From contig JACDFN010000002.1 of the NCBI GenBank assembly GCA_013815775.1, forward strand, positions 128,717 to 192,716: a stretch of 64,000 nt of DNA, given 5' to 3'. The notes under the pieces are model-generated. The model did no database searches, was not told where the DNA came from, and saw only the letters and a list, made by a program, of their open reading frames with translations. Numbering within the stretch: position 1 is the first letter of the stretch; each line of letters opens with the position of its first letter. Positions 1 through 10,323 of this stretch are shown here, piece after piece. Source of the stretch: Candidatus Saccharimonadota bacterium. GTDB taxonomy: Bacteria > Patescibacteriota > Saccharimonadia > Saccharimonadales > UBA10212. A program made the translations under genes and the position numbers.

Positions 1-605
1 CTGCAGTTTTTGGAAAAACAAAAAAAATAGCTAGGTCTGGCAGCCACATTATTTTCCTAGGTCGATTAGTGGAGCGTAAAGGGTGCCTTTTTTTACTAAA
101 GGCTTTTCTGATTATAGCCGCAAAGTATCCAAACGCCCGGTTAACTATTGCTGGGGACGGGCCTGATAGGAATGAATTAGAGGACTTCGTTAAGAAAAAC
201 AATTTACAAAAACAGGTTAGTTTTCTAGGTTTTATTGACGAGAACGACAAACCAAACCTCTTAGGAAGTACCGATATTGCTTGCTTCCCCTCCCTTTACG
301 GTGAAAGCTTTGGGATCGTGCTAATTGAGGCAATGGCTGCCGGAGCAGGCGTAGTGATAGGTGGCAATAACCCTGGCTATAAAACAGTTCTTGAACCCGA
401 GGCTCTTTTTGATCCAAAAAACCCTAACCAACTAGCGTTGCTGCTTGAAAATTTAATGAACAATAAAGAGCTATCAGCAAGAATACACCTTAAACAGCAG
501 CAAGATGTTAAAAAATACGACATAGAAATAGTGGGAGCAAAGCTTGTTGAGATTTACCGCTCGGCTGTTGCTAAAAAAAGACTAAAAAGCCATAATAAAT
601 TCTAA
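1..605 (+). CDS. Glycosyltransferase family 4 (PimA-like), 5'-truncated by window edge
   Basis: Frame is open from nt 3 (AVFGKTKK...IFLGRLVERKG). GT4 motifs FLGRLVERKG and ESFGIVLIEAMAAG. Confidence 0.85.
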   Translation, partial: AVFGKTKKIARSGSHIIFLGRLVERKGCLFLLKAFLIIAAKYPNARLTIAGDGPDRNELEDFVKKNNLQKQVSFLGFIDENDKPNLLGSTDIACFPSLYGESFGIVLIEAMAAGAGVVIGGNNPGYKTVLEPEALFDPKNPNQLALLLENLMNNKELSARIHLKQQQDVKKYDIEIVGAKLVEIYRSAVAKKRLKSHNKF

Positions 606-1694
606 ATGAACTCTGATCGTCAGATTACCGTAAACATTACCAATCGCACTATTATTCGAACAATCTTGTTGGTAGCTGGCGCAATTCTCTTTTTTCACTT
701 TATAGATGAGATTTCTCGCCCACTAACTTTAATATTTGTATCCTTCTTTCTAGCCTTAGCCCTTAACCCCGTTGTCAGTTGGATGTCACGCAGGCTGAAA
801 ATTAAAAGCCGCGCTCGGGCTACGGCAGTAGCTTTTCTTACTGTTATTATGTTTTTGGCTGGTTTTTTCGTACTGGTTATTCCACCCTTAGTTCAACAGA
901 CCAGGGATTTTATTATTGAAGTTCCTAGTATTGTTGAAAACTTTCAAGAGCAAGACACAAGCCTGTCCAGGGCCGTAGAGCGGTATAACTTAAACGATAG
1001 ACTGGCCAGTAGCGCAAATGATTTTGCCTCAGAGTATAGTAACTTTGGCGGAGCACTTCTGGATACCGGCAAAAGGGTTGCAGGGGTAGTAATTTCCGTT
1101 TTGGCTGTGCTTGTGATGACCTTTATGATGCTTGTTGAAGGTCCCCGTTGGATTAAATTATGGTGGGCCACAATGCCTGATAAGCGTCGGGAACATCACC
1201 AAAAGCTTGCCTATAAAATGTATAAATCGGTCAGCGGTTTTGTGAACGGTCAGGTACTGCTGGCTGCTCTTGCTGGAACCATGGCGTTTATAGCACTGAC
1301 GGTATCCAGTGCAGTTCTAGACGTGTCCATAAATGCCGCCGCTCTTGCTGGCATAGTGGCTGTTTTTGCGCTAATTCCATTATTCGGTAATTTAATCTCA
1401 ACAGCCCTTGTTGTTTTAGTCTGTCTACTCAATTCATTTACACTCGGGATTGTGGTGCTAGTATTCTTTATTATTTACCAGCAGATAGAAAACCTATCTA
1501 TTCAACCCTATATTCAATCACGCATCAGCGAACTTACCCCACTAATGGTCTTTATATCTGCCTTAATTGGTATAAGTTTTGGCGGTATCTTAGGTGCAAT
1601 TGTAGCAATACCTGCAGCCAGTACAGTAAAAATCTTGCTCGAGGATCAGCTTGAGCGGCGCGGTATAAAAGCTAAGATAGCCGAGACCAAATAG
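606..1694 (+). CDS. AI-2E family (PerM/UPF0118) transporter
   Basis: Multi-TM protein with ALALNPVV, YQQIEN..IQP and FGGILGAIVAIPAA motifs. Confidence 0.85.
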   Translation: MNSDRQITVNITNRTIIRTILLVAGAILFFHFIDEISRPLTLIFVSFFLALALNPVVSWMSRRLKIKSRARATAVAFLTVIMFLAGFFVLVIPPLVQQTRDFIIEVPSIVENFQEQDTSLSRAVERYNLNDRLASSANDFASEYSNFGGALLDTGKRVAGVVISVLAVLVMTFMMLVEGPRWIKLWWATMPDKRREHHQKLAYKMYKSVSGFVNGQVLLAALAGTMAFIALTVSSAVLDVSINAAALAGIVAVFALIPLFGNLISTALVVLVCLLNSFTLGIVVLVFFIIYQQIENLSIQPYIQSRISELTPLMVFISALIGISFGGILGAIVAIPAASTVKILLEDQLERRGIKAKIAETK

Positions 1695-3108
1695 GTCCAG
1701 CAGCTTTATCCTCTAGCTCCAATCCTAGGTCCAGTAGCTGGGCTCTTATATCATCAGCGCTTTGCCAGTCTTTAGACCCACGAGCTGCTTCACGTTCAAG
1801 AATAAGTTTCTTTGTCTCTTCAGGTATATCGTCCCGGTCCAGTAGTCTAAGACCCAGACCATCATCTAGTTGCTTCAAAAATTCTTCAAATTGACCCAGG
1901 TCTTGTTTGCTCAGGCCTTTTTGTCCTACGTTGTCTATTAAATCGCTTAAAGCTGCTATCGCCAATGGAGTATTTAAATCATCCCGCAAGTGAGCTATAA
2001 ATTTCTGAATAAGAAGACTGAACATGTCGCTGGAATCGTTATTTTGTGACTGGGCTTGAAAACGTAAGTCAGCAAATGCTCTCAAGCTTTTAAGTCGGTT
2101 TTGGGCAGCCTCTAATGATTCCCATGAAAAATTCATATGGCTGCGATAGTGCGACTGCAGATACAACAGCCTTAGTGTTAAAGGATCGTAACCTTTTTTG
2201 ATGATATCGTCTAAGGTGTAATAAGTGCCAAGACTTTTGCTCATTTTTTCTCCATTAACTAAGAGATGTTCGTTGTGTATCCAGAAACGAGAGAGCTGCT
2301 TATCATAGGCCGCTTTTGTTTGGGCTATTTCGTTGGTGTGGTGGGTACCTATATGGTCTACCCCGCCGGTATGTATATCGAGTGGTTCACCCAGAGTTTC
2401 GTGGACTATCGCTGAGCATTCTAGGTGCCACCCTGGAAAACCTTTGCCCCAAGGACTATCCCAGTGCATAGAATGTCCAGCAAACCTACCAACCGTAAAA
2501 AACCAAAGAGCAAAGTCTTGGGGGTGACGCTTATTGCGATCCGTAACAACTTCTTTCCGGGCAGCAACCTCTTTCTCCTCTATTTTTTGCTTAGTCAGTA
2601 TTTCGTAGTCAGGAGCCTGCGAAACGTCGAAATAAATTGCTTCTTCAGTCTGGTAAGCAATTTTTTTATCCATAAGTAACATAATTAATGCAAGTTGAGA
2701 TTCAATGAAATCAGTTGCTCTGGCGTAGTTGTCACTGCGCTTTTTATCGGTGTATCCGTTGGGCGAAAGAATATTTAGTAAATTGCTGTCCCTCTTGAAG
2801 GCTTCTTCGTAAAATTTGGCGACCTCCCAGACAGACTTTCCCTCGCGGTTGGCTCCTTTCTCTAGTTTATCGTCACCTTCATCACCGTCGCTGGACAGGT
2901 GGCCAACATCAGTGATGTTCATCACTTGCTTTACGCTGTGCCCGGATAGCTCTAAAGTTCGTCGAAGGGTGTCGGTGAAAACGTAGGCCCGCAGGTTACC
3001 AATATGCGCAAAGTCATAAACGGTTGGGCCGCAGCTGTAAAGCATCACCTGATCTCCCCGCGGCTCGAAATGCTCAGTCTGCTTAGTAATAGTGTTGTAA
3101 AGCCTCAT
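1672..3108 (-). CDS. cysS: Cysteinyl-tRNA synthetase
   Basis: CGPTVY, HIGN, PGWHLECS, KMSKS motifs. Confidence 0.97.
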   Translation of the reverse strand: MRLYNTITKQTEHFEPRGDQVMLYSCGPTVYDFAHIGNLRAYVFTDTLRRTLELSGHSVKQVMNITDVGHLSSDGDEGDDKLEKGANREGKSVWEVAKFYEEAFKRDSNLLNILSPNGYTDKKRSDNYARATDFIESQLALIMLLMDKKIAYQTEEAIYFDVSQAPDYEILTKQKIEEKEVAARKEVVTDRNKRHPQDFALWFFTVGRFAGHSMHWDSPWGKGFPGWHLECSAIVHETLGEPLDIHTGGVDHIGTHHTNEIAQTKAAYDKQLSRFWIHNEHLLVNGEKMSKSLGTYYTLDDIIKKGYDPLTLRLLYLQSHYRSHMNFSWESLEAAQNRLKSLRAFADLRFQAQSQNNDSSDMFSLLIQKFIAHLRDDLNTPLAIAALSDLIDNVGQKGLSKQDLGQFEEFLKQLDDGLGLRLLDRDDIPEETKKLILEREAARGSKDWQSADDIRAQLLDLGLELEDKAAGPIWSRLS

Positions 3109-4121
3109 GCCCCGTGTTCCTCAAGCTCGTCAAGGAGCGATGAAGCGACATTTATTGCTTCTGCTTTAATTTCGTCGAAGCTTTGCCCGGTTTGAACTTT
3201 AAATCCGCTTGCGTATGGATGTCCGCCACCTCCGAAATGTTCAGCTATTTTATCGCTTATACTGCGCCCGTAGTTACTCCGTATCTTCGCAGTTACCTTC
3301 TTGTCTCGGTATACTTTGAAACATATGGCAATGTCTGTACCTTTGCCCAGGCGCATATCATCTATTACTAGCATTGAGGGGTTATAAAGAGGACTAAACT
3401 TCTCAATTTCTTCCCACGGAATGGTTACTGTGGCAATACGATTATTGCTATGAAACTCAACTCTTTGAAGCAATAAGCCCTTGTATCTTATCAGTTCGGG
3501 CTCTCGGCGCATTGTCGCTCGCCGGGCGCTATCAATTTCAGCCAATTTAATACCACCTTCTACAAGCTCGGCGACGGTATGGATTGATTTAGCTGTTGTG
3601 GCTTCGCTCATTAAACCCAAGCTATCACTCAGGATACCTATAGCTAAAAATTCCTTTGCTTGTTTATTCAGCGCCCAACCCAACTGCTTGGCGAGTCCGT
3701 AAATAATCTCTGTAGTGGCCACAGCAGGATGACAACACATAATTGCCGAGAAGCTTATGCTGGGTTTGGTGCTGTGATGATCGATAACAATACTCGGCTT
3801 AGAGGCTAGCCACGCCTTTGCTCCTGTTTTTTCTAGTTGTTCTAAAAGAGTATCGCTACTAGTATCAACAATTATGCTAGCATCAAAGCTTTTGGGGAAT
3901 TCTTTTATTACACGATCTGAACCATCTAGGTACTCTAGATAGGTAGGGAGGTCGACCCCACAGTACAAGGTAACCTTTTTACCTAACTCCTCAAGGATAT
4001 GTTCTAGCGCTAACGAACTAGCCAGGCTATCGGTATCTGGGTTATCGGCTTGTACAACAACAATGTGCTCGGCATCAGCTATAGCATCGGCTATAGCTCC
4101 AGCTTCACTATAATCTTCCAT
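3105..4121 (-). CDS. DHH/DHHA1 phosphoesterase (NrnA-like)
   Basis: NPDTD, IDHH, GGGGHPYASG motifs. Confidence 0.88.
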   Translation of the reverse strand: MEDYSEAGAIADAIADAEHIVVVQADNPDTDSLASSLALEHILEELGKKVTLYCGVDLPTYLEYLDGSDRVIKEFPKSFDASIIVDTSSDTLLEQLEKTGAKAWLASKPSIVIDHHSTKPSISFSAIMCCHPAVATTEIIYGLAKQLGWALNKQAKEFLAIGILSDSLGLMSEATTAKSIHTVAELVEGGIKLAEIDSARRATMRREPELIRYKGLLLQRVEFHSNNRIATVTIPWEEIEKFSPLYNPSMLVIDDMRLGKGTDIAICFKVYRDKKVTAKIRSNYGRSISDKIAEHFGGGGHPYASGFKVQTGQSFDEIKAEAINVASSLLDELEEHGA

Positions 4122-4164
4122 TAAACTACATTATAACACCTTAAGGGTATGCTTTAGAGGCTAG

Positions 4165-4773
4165 CTACATCAACTGACGGCCTTCGAAAGCACGAGTCAG
4201 GGTGATTTGGTCAGCATACTCTAGATCCATACCCACCGATATCCCCCGAGCAAGCCGGGTGATCTTTAAAGGCTTGCCTTCTAACTTCTGCATAATCAGC
4301 AAAGCCGTACTCTCTCCTTCTATGCTTGCGTTGGTGGCCAAAATTAATTCTTCTACCTTGTCGGCATCTACCCTATTAATCAGCTCATTAATATGTAGGT
4401 GCTCAGGTCCTACGTTATCTATTGGTGAGACGAGCCCTCCCAAAACATGGTAGGTGCCACTAAAACTGTTTGTTTTTTCGATTGCAACTATATCAAATGG
4501 ATCGGCTACAACGGCCACAATAGTCTTCTTACGCCGAGGGTTACTATACAGAGGGCTTACGTCTTGCCCGCTCTCTATAAGAGCAAATGTTTTTGGGCAG
4601 TATTTAGTCCCGGAATGTAGTTTTTTAATGGATTCTAGGATACTTTGTGCTTTAGAGCGGTCGCTACGAAGTAAGTAGTACGCATACCGCTCCGACGTAC
4701 GGGGGCCTACTCCAGGTAGTTGACCTAGAGCATCAATTAAATCTTGAAGAGGCCCTGGTATAACCTGCGCCAT
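4165..4773 (-). CDS. recR: Recombination mediator RecR (zinc finger degenerate)
   Basis: HhH LPGVGPRTSER, YHVLGGLVSP, ILATNASIEGESTA, LEYADQITL. Confidence 0.95.
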   Translation of the reverse strand: MAQVIPGPLQDLIDALGQLPGVGPRTSERYAYYLLRSDRSKAQSILESIKKLHSGTKYCPKTFALIESGQDVSPLYSNPRRKKTIVAVVADPFDIVAIEKTNSFSGTYHVLGGLVSPIDNVGPEHLHINELINRVDADKVEELILATNASIEGESTALLIMQKLEGKPLKITRLARGISVGMDLEYADQITLTRAFEGRQLM

Positions 4774-4780
4774 AAAATAT

Positions 4781-5074
4781 TTATAAGCCTAAATTTCCTA
4801 GAGCACCCATGACTGGTTGCATTTTTTCAGCCGCCAAGCGTTGACTTTGGCCGATGGCGTCTTTAATAGCATCCTCTAGCCATCGCTCTAATTGTCCTAC
4901 ATCTTCAAGGTCTACCTGCTCAGGATCAATGCTAATTTTCTTTATTTTTTGCTCACCAGTTATCTCTACTTTAACTGCACCATCGCCTGCCTCTACTACT
5001 ATCACTTCTTTTTGTAATTCTTTTTGAAGTTTACGGGCACGCATCAAAAGCTTGGCTTGATCAAATTTGGTCAA
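4781..5074 (-). CDS. ybaB: YbaB/EbfC nucleoid-associated protein
   Basis: EAGDGAVKVEITG motif; adjacent to recR. Confidence 0.9.
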   Translation of the reverse strand: MTKFDQAKLLMRARKLQKELQKEVIVVEAGDGAVKVEITGEQKIKKISIDPEQVDLEDVGQLERWLEDAIKDAIGQSQRLAAEKMQPVMGALGNLGL

Positions 5075-5096
5075 TTTACTACTCCCTTATATAGAG

Positions 5097-6281
5097 TCAT
5101 TTTATCACGTAGGTGCTTCTTGTAGCCAATGTGCTGGGCCAAGCAACCAGACTGTAGCGTGTCCCTATCAAAAGATGAAGGCCAACGACTGTAACCATGA
5201 GAAGTACGGCCAGAGCTTTCGGCAATGGATTTAAAGGAAATACAGTCCTCCACTCCTTGTATAAATAACGAAGTCCGGCAGCGCTTAAGATACAGGCTGC
5301 TGGCAGGCTAAGAATTAAATATAATAAATTATTGAATACCCCAGCTGTTATAATACCGAGTACAAACATTCCTATAAGAAGGTACAACTCTCGGCGGGCA
5401 CGAGTCCACATGGCATAAAGTCCAAACAAACCTAAAACTATCTGCAAAGCGTTAAGCATGGGCAGCCGTCCTATTACTAAGGAGTGGCTATCTCTGGTCA
5501 TCCAAAATAGAGATAAGCCAGCCCATGCGGTGGATTTCATGACTTCAGTTGAATTGGCTAACTCAGAAGGAATAAGCATCAAAGACTTAACAACCGAAGG
5601 ATTCTCGATAGACGCCATCACTATTGGGGCCATAAATAGCAGAGGAATGGCAAACAGACTTATTACCACCCAACTGCGCATTGGGGCCAGTAAGTGAACA
5701 AGCTTCTTTCGAAAGATTAAGGACCCTAATAACACAAAATAAATTGTACCGGGGGTATATAATGCCACGCCAAGAACCACCATTAGCGTAAACCATGCTA
5801 ATGTTTTTTTGTCTGTTTTACTAAACCAAACGTAGGAGGCTAATAGAGCAATAGGTGTAAGAAGTAATATATACGGAGTTGCACTTCTTGCTGAAAGAAT
5901 AATAAACGGAGTCCCGGCAAGCAGCATAGTTCCCAGTAAACTGACAAGCCTACCAAACCATAAACGTAGAAGCGTGTAGAAAAAAAGCAGCAATGCCAAG
6001 GCAAACAATACCGAGCTAAGGCGCATCCAAAAAGCGCCGCTTTGCCCAGCAGATTGAAACCCTAACTGGACCAGCTTATGGGGAGCGAAAGTAGGGTCCG
6101 AAATAATATTATCTAAGCTACTACTGCTTTGCCGAGACGCTGACTCGGCCTGGCTTAATCCTGTTGTTAATGTTCCTAGACGCCAAGTATATAAAAAAAG
6201 TACTACAGAAAGTAAAAAAAGAACTGTTATCAAGCCGCCCTGCCGACTTAAAAAAGGCCACTTATTTGTGACTTTACTCAT
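5097..6281 (-). CDS. GT-C fold membrane glycosyltransferase-like protein (GT39/ArnT-like)
   Basis: About 10 TM segments; FWMRLSSVLF and PFIILSARSATPY resemble PMT_2/ArnT motifs. Confidence 0.6.
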   Translation of the reverse strand: MSKVTNKWPFLSRQGGLITVLFLLSVVLFLYTWRLGTLTTGLSQAESASRQSSSSLDNIISDPTFAPHKLVQLGFQSAGQSGAFWMRLSSVLFALALLLFFYTLLRLWFGRLVSLLGTMLLAGTPFIILSARSATPYILLLTPIALLASYVWFSKTDKKTLAWFTLMVVLGVALYTPGTIYFVLLGSLIFRKKLVHLLAPMRSWVVISLFAIPLLFMAPIVMASIENPSVVKSLMLIPSELANSTEVMKSTAWAGLSLFWMTRDSHSLVIGRLPMLNALQIVLGLFGLYAMWTRARRELYLLIGMFVLGIITAGVFNNLLYLILSLPAACILSAAGLRYLYKEWRTVFPLNPLPKALAVLLMVTVVGLHLLIGTRYSLVAWPSTLATRSTYVIK

Positions 6282-6299
6282 GTATCCAAGTATAACAAA

Positions 6300-7670
6300 T
6301 TAATCATTAAAGGGTTGATCGTGGCGCTTATCTAAGTCTCTAAACCTTTGTTGCGTTCGATCAAAGAATAACTCCACGTTGCCTACTGGACCGTTACGGT
6401 GTTTTTTTATAAAAATATCCGTAATATTTTGCCTATCAGTATCGGGGTTGTAGTACTCTTCGCGGTACAAGAAGGCTACTATATCGGCATCCTGCTCGAT
6501 TGATCCTGATTCACGCAGGTCCGCTAGCTGAGGTATTTGTGGGCTACGACTTTCGACTGAACGACTTAGCTGACTGGCTGCAACAACCGGAACATTAAGT
6601 TCTCTGGCTAGAATTTTTAGACTTCTACTAATTTCTGATATTTCTTGTACTCGGTTAGCCGCTGATGCAAACCGTGATCCACCGCTCATCAGTTGTAAAT
6701 AATCAACCATAATTACAGCAAGGGGGTGCTGGTGGTGTAAGCGTCGTGCCTTAGTTCGTAGATCGCTTACGGTTATTCCTGGGGTATCATCGAGAAAAAT
6801 TGGAGCTTCAGCTAGTTCCCCCATAGCAGAACTTAACCGCTCAAAATCTTGATCAGTTAATCCTTCACCTGTGCGCAATTTCCAGGCATCTACACCCGCC
6901 TCTGCTGCCAGCAATCGGTCTACCAACTGTTCCTTGCTCATTTCTAAGCTAAAAAATAAAACTGACCCTTGGTTAGCCTTGGTGGCTATATTAAGAGACA
7001 TATTGAGCATAATAGCGGTCTTACCCATAGATGGACGGGCGGCCACAACCAGTAAGTCGGATCTTTGCAAGCCCGCCAGTAACTTATCAATATCCCTTAA
7101 ACCTGTCGGAATTCCCCTCAGACCCCCTTTATGTCTGTGTAGATCATCAAGACGGTCAAAGCTATCCCCTAATATGGACTCTAGGCTGATAATATCTTGG
7201 CGTACGTGTCGTTGACTAACCTGAAATAGTCTTGATTCGGCTTCTTCAATAAGTTCTTGCAAGCTTTTATTTTCATCGTATCCAATGCTGGTGATGTCCT
7301 GTGAAGCACTAATTAAACGGCGTCGGATGGCTTTATCGGCTACAATTTGAGCGTATTGTTCCAAATGGGCTGCAGTTGGCACAAAATTTGTCAGCTCGGT
7401 CAAATAACCTGCTCCCCCCACGGCATCTAGTTGACCCTCAGCTTTTAGCTGTTCGCTCAAGGTAAGAATGTCGACTGGGCTTCGTTTATCATGCAGCATC
7501 CTCATAGAAGCAAATACTCTGCGGTGTTTTTCGTCGTAAAAATCTTCCGGGTTTAATAAGTCGGCAATCTTTACAAAAGATTCACCCTCAATTAGTAAAC
7601 TGCCCAAAACACTGGCCTCGATATCGAGATTCTGAGGTGGTATCGCGAGGTTAGAAGCTATCTTATCCAT
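6300..7670 (-). CDS. dnaB: Replicative DNA helicase
   Basis: AARPSMGKT, FSLEMS, VDYLQLM, LRESGSIEQDAD, KHRNG. Confidence 0.98.
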   Translation of the reverse strand: MDKIASNLAIPPQNLDIEASVLGSLLIEGESFVKIADLLNPEDFYDEKHRRVFASMRMLHDKRSPVDILTLSEQLKAEGQLDAVGGAGYLTELTNFVPTAAHLEQYAQIVADKAIRRRLISASQDITSIGYDENKSLQELIEEAESRLFQVSQRHVRQDIISLESILGDSFDRLDDLHRHKGGLRGIPTGLRDIDKLLAGLQRSDLLVVAARPSMGKTAIMLNMSLNIATKANQGSVLFFSLEMSKEQLVDRLLAAEAGVDAWKLRTGEGLTDQDFERLSSAMGELAEAPIFLDDTPGITVSDLRTKARRLHHQHPLAVIMVDYLQLMSGGSRFASAANRVQEISEISRSLKILARELNVPVVAASQLSRSVESRSPQIPQLADLRESGSIEQDADIVAFLYREEYYNPDTDRQNITDIFIKKHRNGPVGNVELFFDRTQQRFRDLDKRHDQPFND

Positions 7671-7688
7671 TTCCTATTGCTCATATAA

Positions 7689-9131
7689 TTAAGATTCTAA
7701 CACCTCAGCAGCCCCGAAGATATTGTTAATGGCTTCTACTGAATTAAGTTCTGGTAGAACGTTTGAAGATTTAACGTGGGCAACTTTGCCTTGCATTTTT
7801 TTCTCAAACATTTCTTTATCGACTGTACACTCGATTTTAACCTTTTGGCCGGTTACATCCTCAATAATACTTGCAATAAGATCTATATTCTTGGATTGAC
7901 TAATCTTTTTTTTGTGCAGAGGAAACTCAAATACTAAAGTTAAGTTCTCTGGGGATATCTGTGGTATCGCCAATCGAAGTGCAGTATATAACGAGGCAGC
8001 GTTTTCTTTTGATTTACCTATAACCTGCGGCCACATACTTAGATCGAAGGCTATTTGGTCCTTGGCTTTAGGCTTATTCGGTGCGGTCTCTTTTTTACTC
8101 AGAACATCAATTGCTGGAGCTTTAACTTCATTCTTTGCCTTTATAGAGGATGCTGCTTTAGGGGGCTTTTCTGAAACATTCTTCGCTGTCGCTTCAAGTA
8201 AACATATCTCTAAAAAATCTCTGGGGTTTGAGCTAGAAGAGACTTCGAGTAGTTGTTTCAGGGTTGGAACCAACCACAACGGCGCTGGGTCTTCCTCTAT
8301 TAGCTTAAGCCGTAGCACACGGCCCAAAAACTTGGCTACTAAGACCGGGTTTGCCCCATGGAGCCAAAGGTTCTCAATGTTTTTTATAGTACTGGGGCTT
8401 ATACCCTGTTCAATTGAATTAATTAACGATCTTACAGTGGAGGACGAAGGTAGCCCAAGGTGTGTTTGAACAAGTTCAGCTGTAATGAGCTTGCCACTGC
8501 CGGATAGTTGATCTAACAATCCTATGCTGTCACGAAAACTTCCATCACCATGCTCGGCTAAGATATCTAGTGCTTCGCTATCAATCTTAATGTTCTCTTT
8601 TTTAGCAATTTGGGCAAGGTGCTTGGTCGTTTGGTTGTTAGATATCTTCGTAAAGTTAAATCGTTGAGTTCGACTGATTATAGTTTCCGGAACTTTATGA
8701 GCCTCAGTGGTGGCTAAAATGAATATGCAGTGAGCAGGGGGCTCTTCAAGCGTCTTTAAGAGTGCATTAAAAGCTTCTCTAGTAAGCATATGCACTTCAT
8801 CGATAATATAAACTTTATATTGAGCAGATGTCGGGGTGATGTGTACTTTGTCGCGTAGATCTCTTATCTCATCTATGCGACGGTTGCTTGCAGCGTCAAT
8901 CTCTATGATATCAAGGTGTACAGAGTCGTCCTGGTAGTCTAATTTATTTACAGCGCGGGCAAAAATTCTAGCAACGCTAGTTTTGCCTACTCCTTTAGGG
9001 CCCGCTAACAGATAGGCATGACTAATACGTTTATTTTTTATAGCACTTTTCATAGTTTCGGTGATGTGTTCTTGGCCGATAACATCATCGAACGTCCTCG
9101 AACGGTATTTTCTATATAGTGCCTGACCCAT
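7689..9131 (-). CDS. dnaX: DNA polymerase III gamma/tau
   Basis: ALYRKYR, GPKGVGKT, EIDAAS, IIDEVHML, FNALLKTLEEPP. Confidence 0.97.
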   Translation of the reverse strand: MGQALYRKYRSRTFDDVIGQEHITETMKSAIKNKRISHAYLLAGPKGVGKTSVARIFARAVNKLDYQDDSVHLDIIEIDAASNRRIDEIRDLRDKVHITPTSAQYKVYIIDEVHMLTREAFNALLKTLEEPPAHCIFILATTEAHKVPETIISRTQRFNFTKISNNQTTKHLAQIAKKENIKIDSEALDILAEHGDGSFRDSIGLLDQLSGSGKLITAELVQTHLGLPSSSTVRSLINSIEQGISPSTIKNIENLWLHGANPVLVAKFLGRVLRLKLIEEDPAPLWLVPTLKQLLEVSSSSNPRDFLEICLLEATAKNVSEKPPKAASSIKAKNEVKAPAIDVLSKKETAPNKPKAKDQIAFDLSMWPQVIGKSKENAASLYTALRLAIPQISPENLTLVFEFPLHKKKISQSKNIDLIASIIEDVTGQKVKIECTVDKEMFEKKMQGKVAHVKSSNVLPELNSVEAINNIFGAAEVLES

Positions 9132-9202
9132 AGTTAACTAATTATACTCAAAAAAAACGCTACTGGACGTTGTTGATTATTCTTTTACTGGATACTTCTT
9201 AT

Positions 9203-9715
9203 TTAAAGAGCTGCTTCGAGAGCAGCCCATTCAACATCGACTGTCGTGTCTTCGGGGACATTTACGCTAACTTGATCCCCTGGCTTTGCTTTGAAATAGG
9301 TCACGCTTGCAAGTAGCACTCTGTACTGCTTTCCGCCTACGTCCACAAAGTAATGTCCGTCTTTTTGATTCAAGACACCAACAATTTGCTTGCGGGGGAT
9401 GGGGCCGATTTGCTTATACATGAAAGCACCATCATCAGCGATGGTTAATTTTAAAATATCTCCTTGGACAAGCTTAGACTTACTAGCATAATTAGCTGGT
9501 ACCGGATATGTTTTACTGTCGCTTCCGACCATATTTTGACCATCAAATACACCCTCGATCACCTTACCCAGAGCTTGATCCTTTACCCTGTCTGCTAGCA
9601 CTGGATCGTCTCCCACAAGGCTTACTATTAGCTCTTTGGCTGCTGCTAGGCTTGTTTCTGCTTCACCAATTAAAGCTCGCAGCCGTTTAATTTGTTTTTC
9701 GGGTATTTCTGACAT
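9203..9715 (-). CDS. Conserved hypothetical protein (N-terminal coiled coil, beta-rich C-terminus)
   Basis: 170 aa ORF with SD-like GGAG upstream; motifs EGVFDGQNM and YPVPANYASKSKL; own promoter. Confidence 0.7.
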   Translation of the reverse strand: MSEIPEKQIKRLRALIGEAETSLAAAKELIVSLVGDDPVLADRVKDQALGKVIEGVFDGQNMVGSDSKTYPVPANYASKSKLVQGDILKLTIADDGAFMYKQIGPIPRKQIVGVLNQKDGHYFVDVGGKQYRVLLASVTYFKAKPGDQVSVNVPEDTTVDVEWAALEAAL

Positions 9716-9771
9716 TTTGCTTTTTAACTCTCCAGCCTCTCCCTGATCTTTGTTTGCTTACACTTACCCCA

Positions 9772-9800
9772 AAACTACCACAGTTTAAGCCTCAAGTCAA
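9772..9800 (-). promoter_or_regulatory. Sigma70-type promoter for the hypothetical gene upstream of dnaX
   Basis: TTGACT-17 bp-(TGG)TAGTTT on the minus strand. Confidence 0.55.
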
Positions 9801-9817
9801 AAGCCATGATTAGGGGT

Positions 9818-9826
9818 TGTGGATAA
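9818..9826 (-). promoter_or_regulatory. Perfect DnaA box TTATCCACA
   Basis: Plus strand tgtggataa; single copy, 17 bp upstream of the -35 above. Confidence 0.45.
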
Positions 9827-9884
9827 ACACTCCCAATCAGGACTGCTTGCTGTCTCTGAACGACAAACGCTTAAACGTAAGTAG

Positions 9885-10304
9885 CTATACTAGTTCCACC
9901 GTAGCGCCGGCATCCTCAAGTGCTTTTTTAGCAGCCTCGGCCTCGTCTTTAGTCGCTTTTTCTTTGACCGGCTTAGGCGCGCTGTCTACAATTGCCTTCG
10001 CCTCACCGAGCCCTAAACCGGTTATCTCCTTAACTGCTTTGATAACTGCAACCTTTTGGGCACCGGCGTCTTTAAGAACAACGTCGTATTCGTTCTTTTC
10101 TTCGGCTACTTCAGTACTCTCTCCGCTGCCTGAACCAGTAGCTGCAGCTGCAACTGGTGCAGCGGCGCTTACTCCCCAATATTCTTCTAAGAATTTCACA
10201 AATTTACTTATTTCCAGAGCGCTCATTTTGTCGAGCTTTTCTACGATTGTTGCGAACTCCTTGGGAACTTCTACGGAACTAACTTCATTATTATTTTCTG
10301 CCAT
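9885..10304 (-). CDS. rplL: 50S ribosomal protein L7/L12
   Basis: [20 protein letters not shown]. Confidence 0.97.
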   Translation of the reverse strand: MAENNNEVSSVEVPKEFATIVEKLDKMSALEISKFVKFLEEYWGVSAAAPVAAAATGSGSGESTEVAEEKNEYDVVLKDAGAQKVAVIKAVKEITGLGLGEAKAIVDSAPKPVKEKATKDEAEAAKKALEDAGATVELV

Positions 10305-10323
10305 TATATTTTCCTTTCAATTG

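Noticed and set aside
9780..9884. Possible replication origin
   Set aside because: Only one DnaA box, no box cluster or unwinding element, and no switch in gene orientation.
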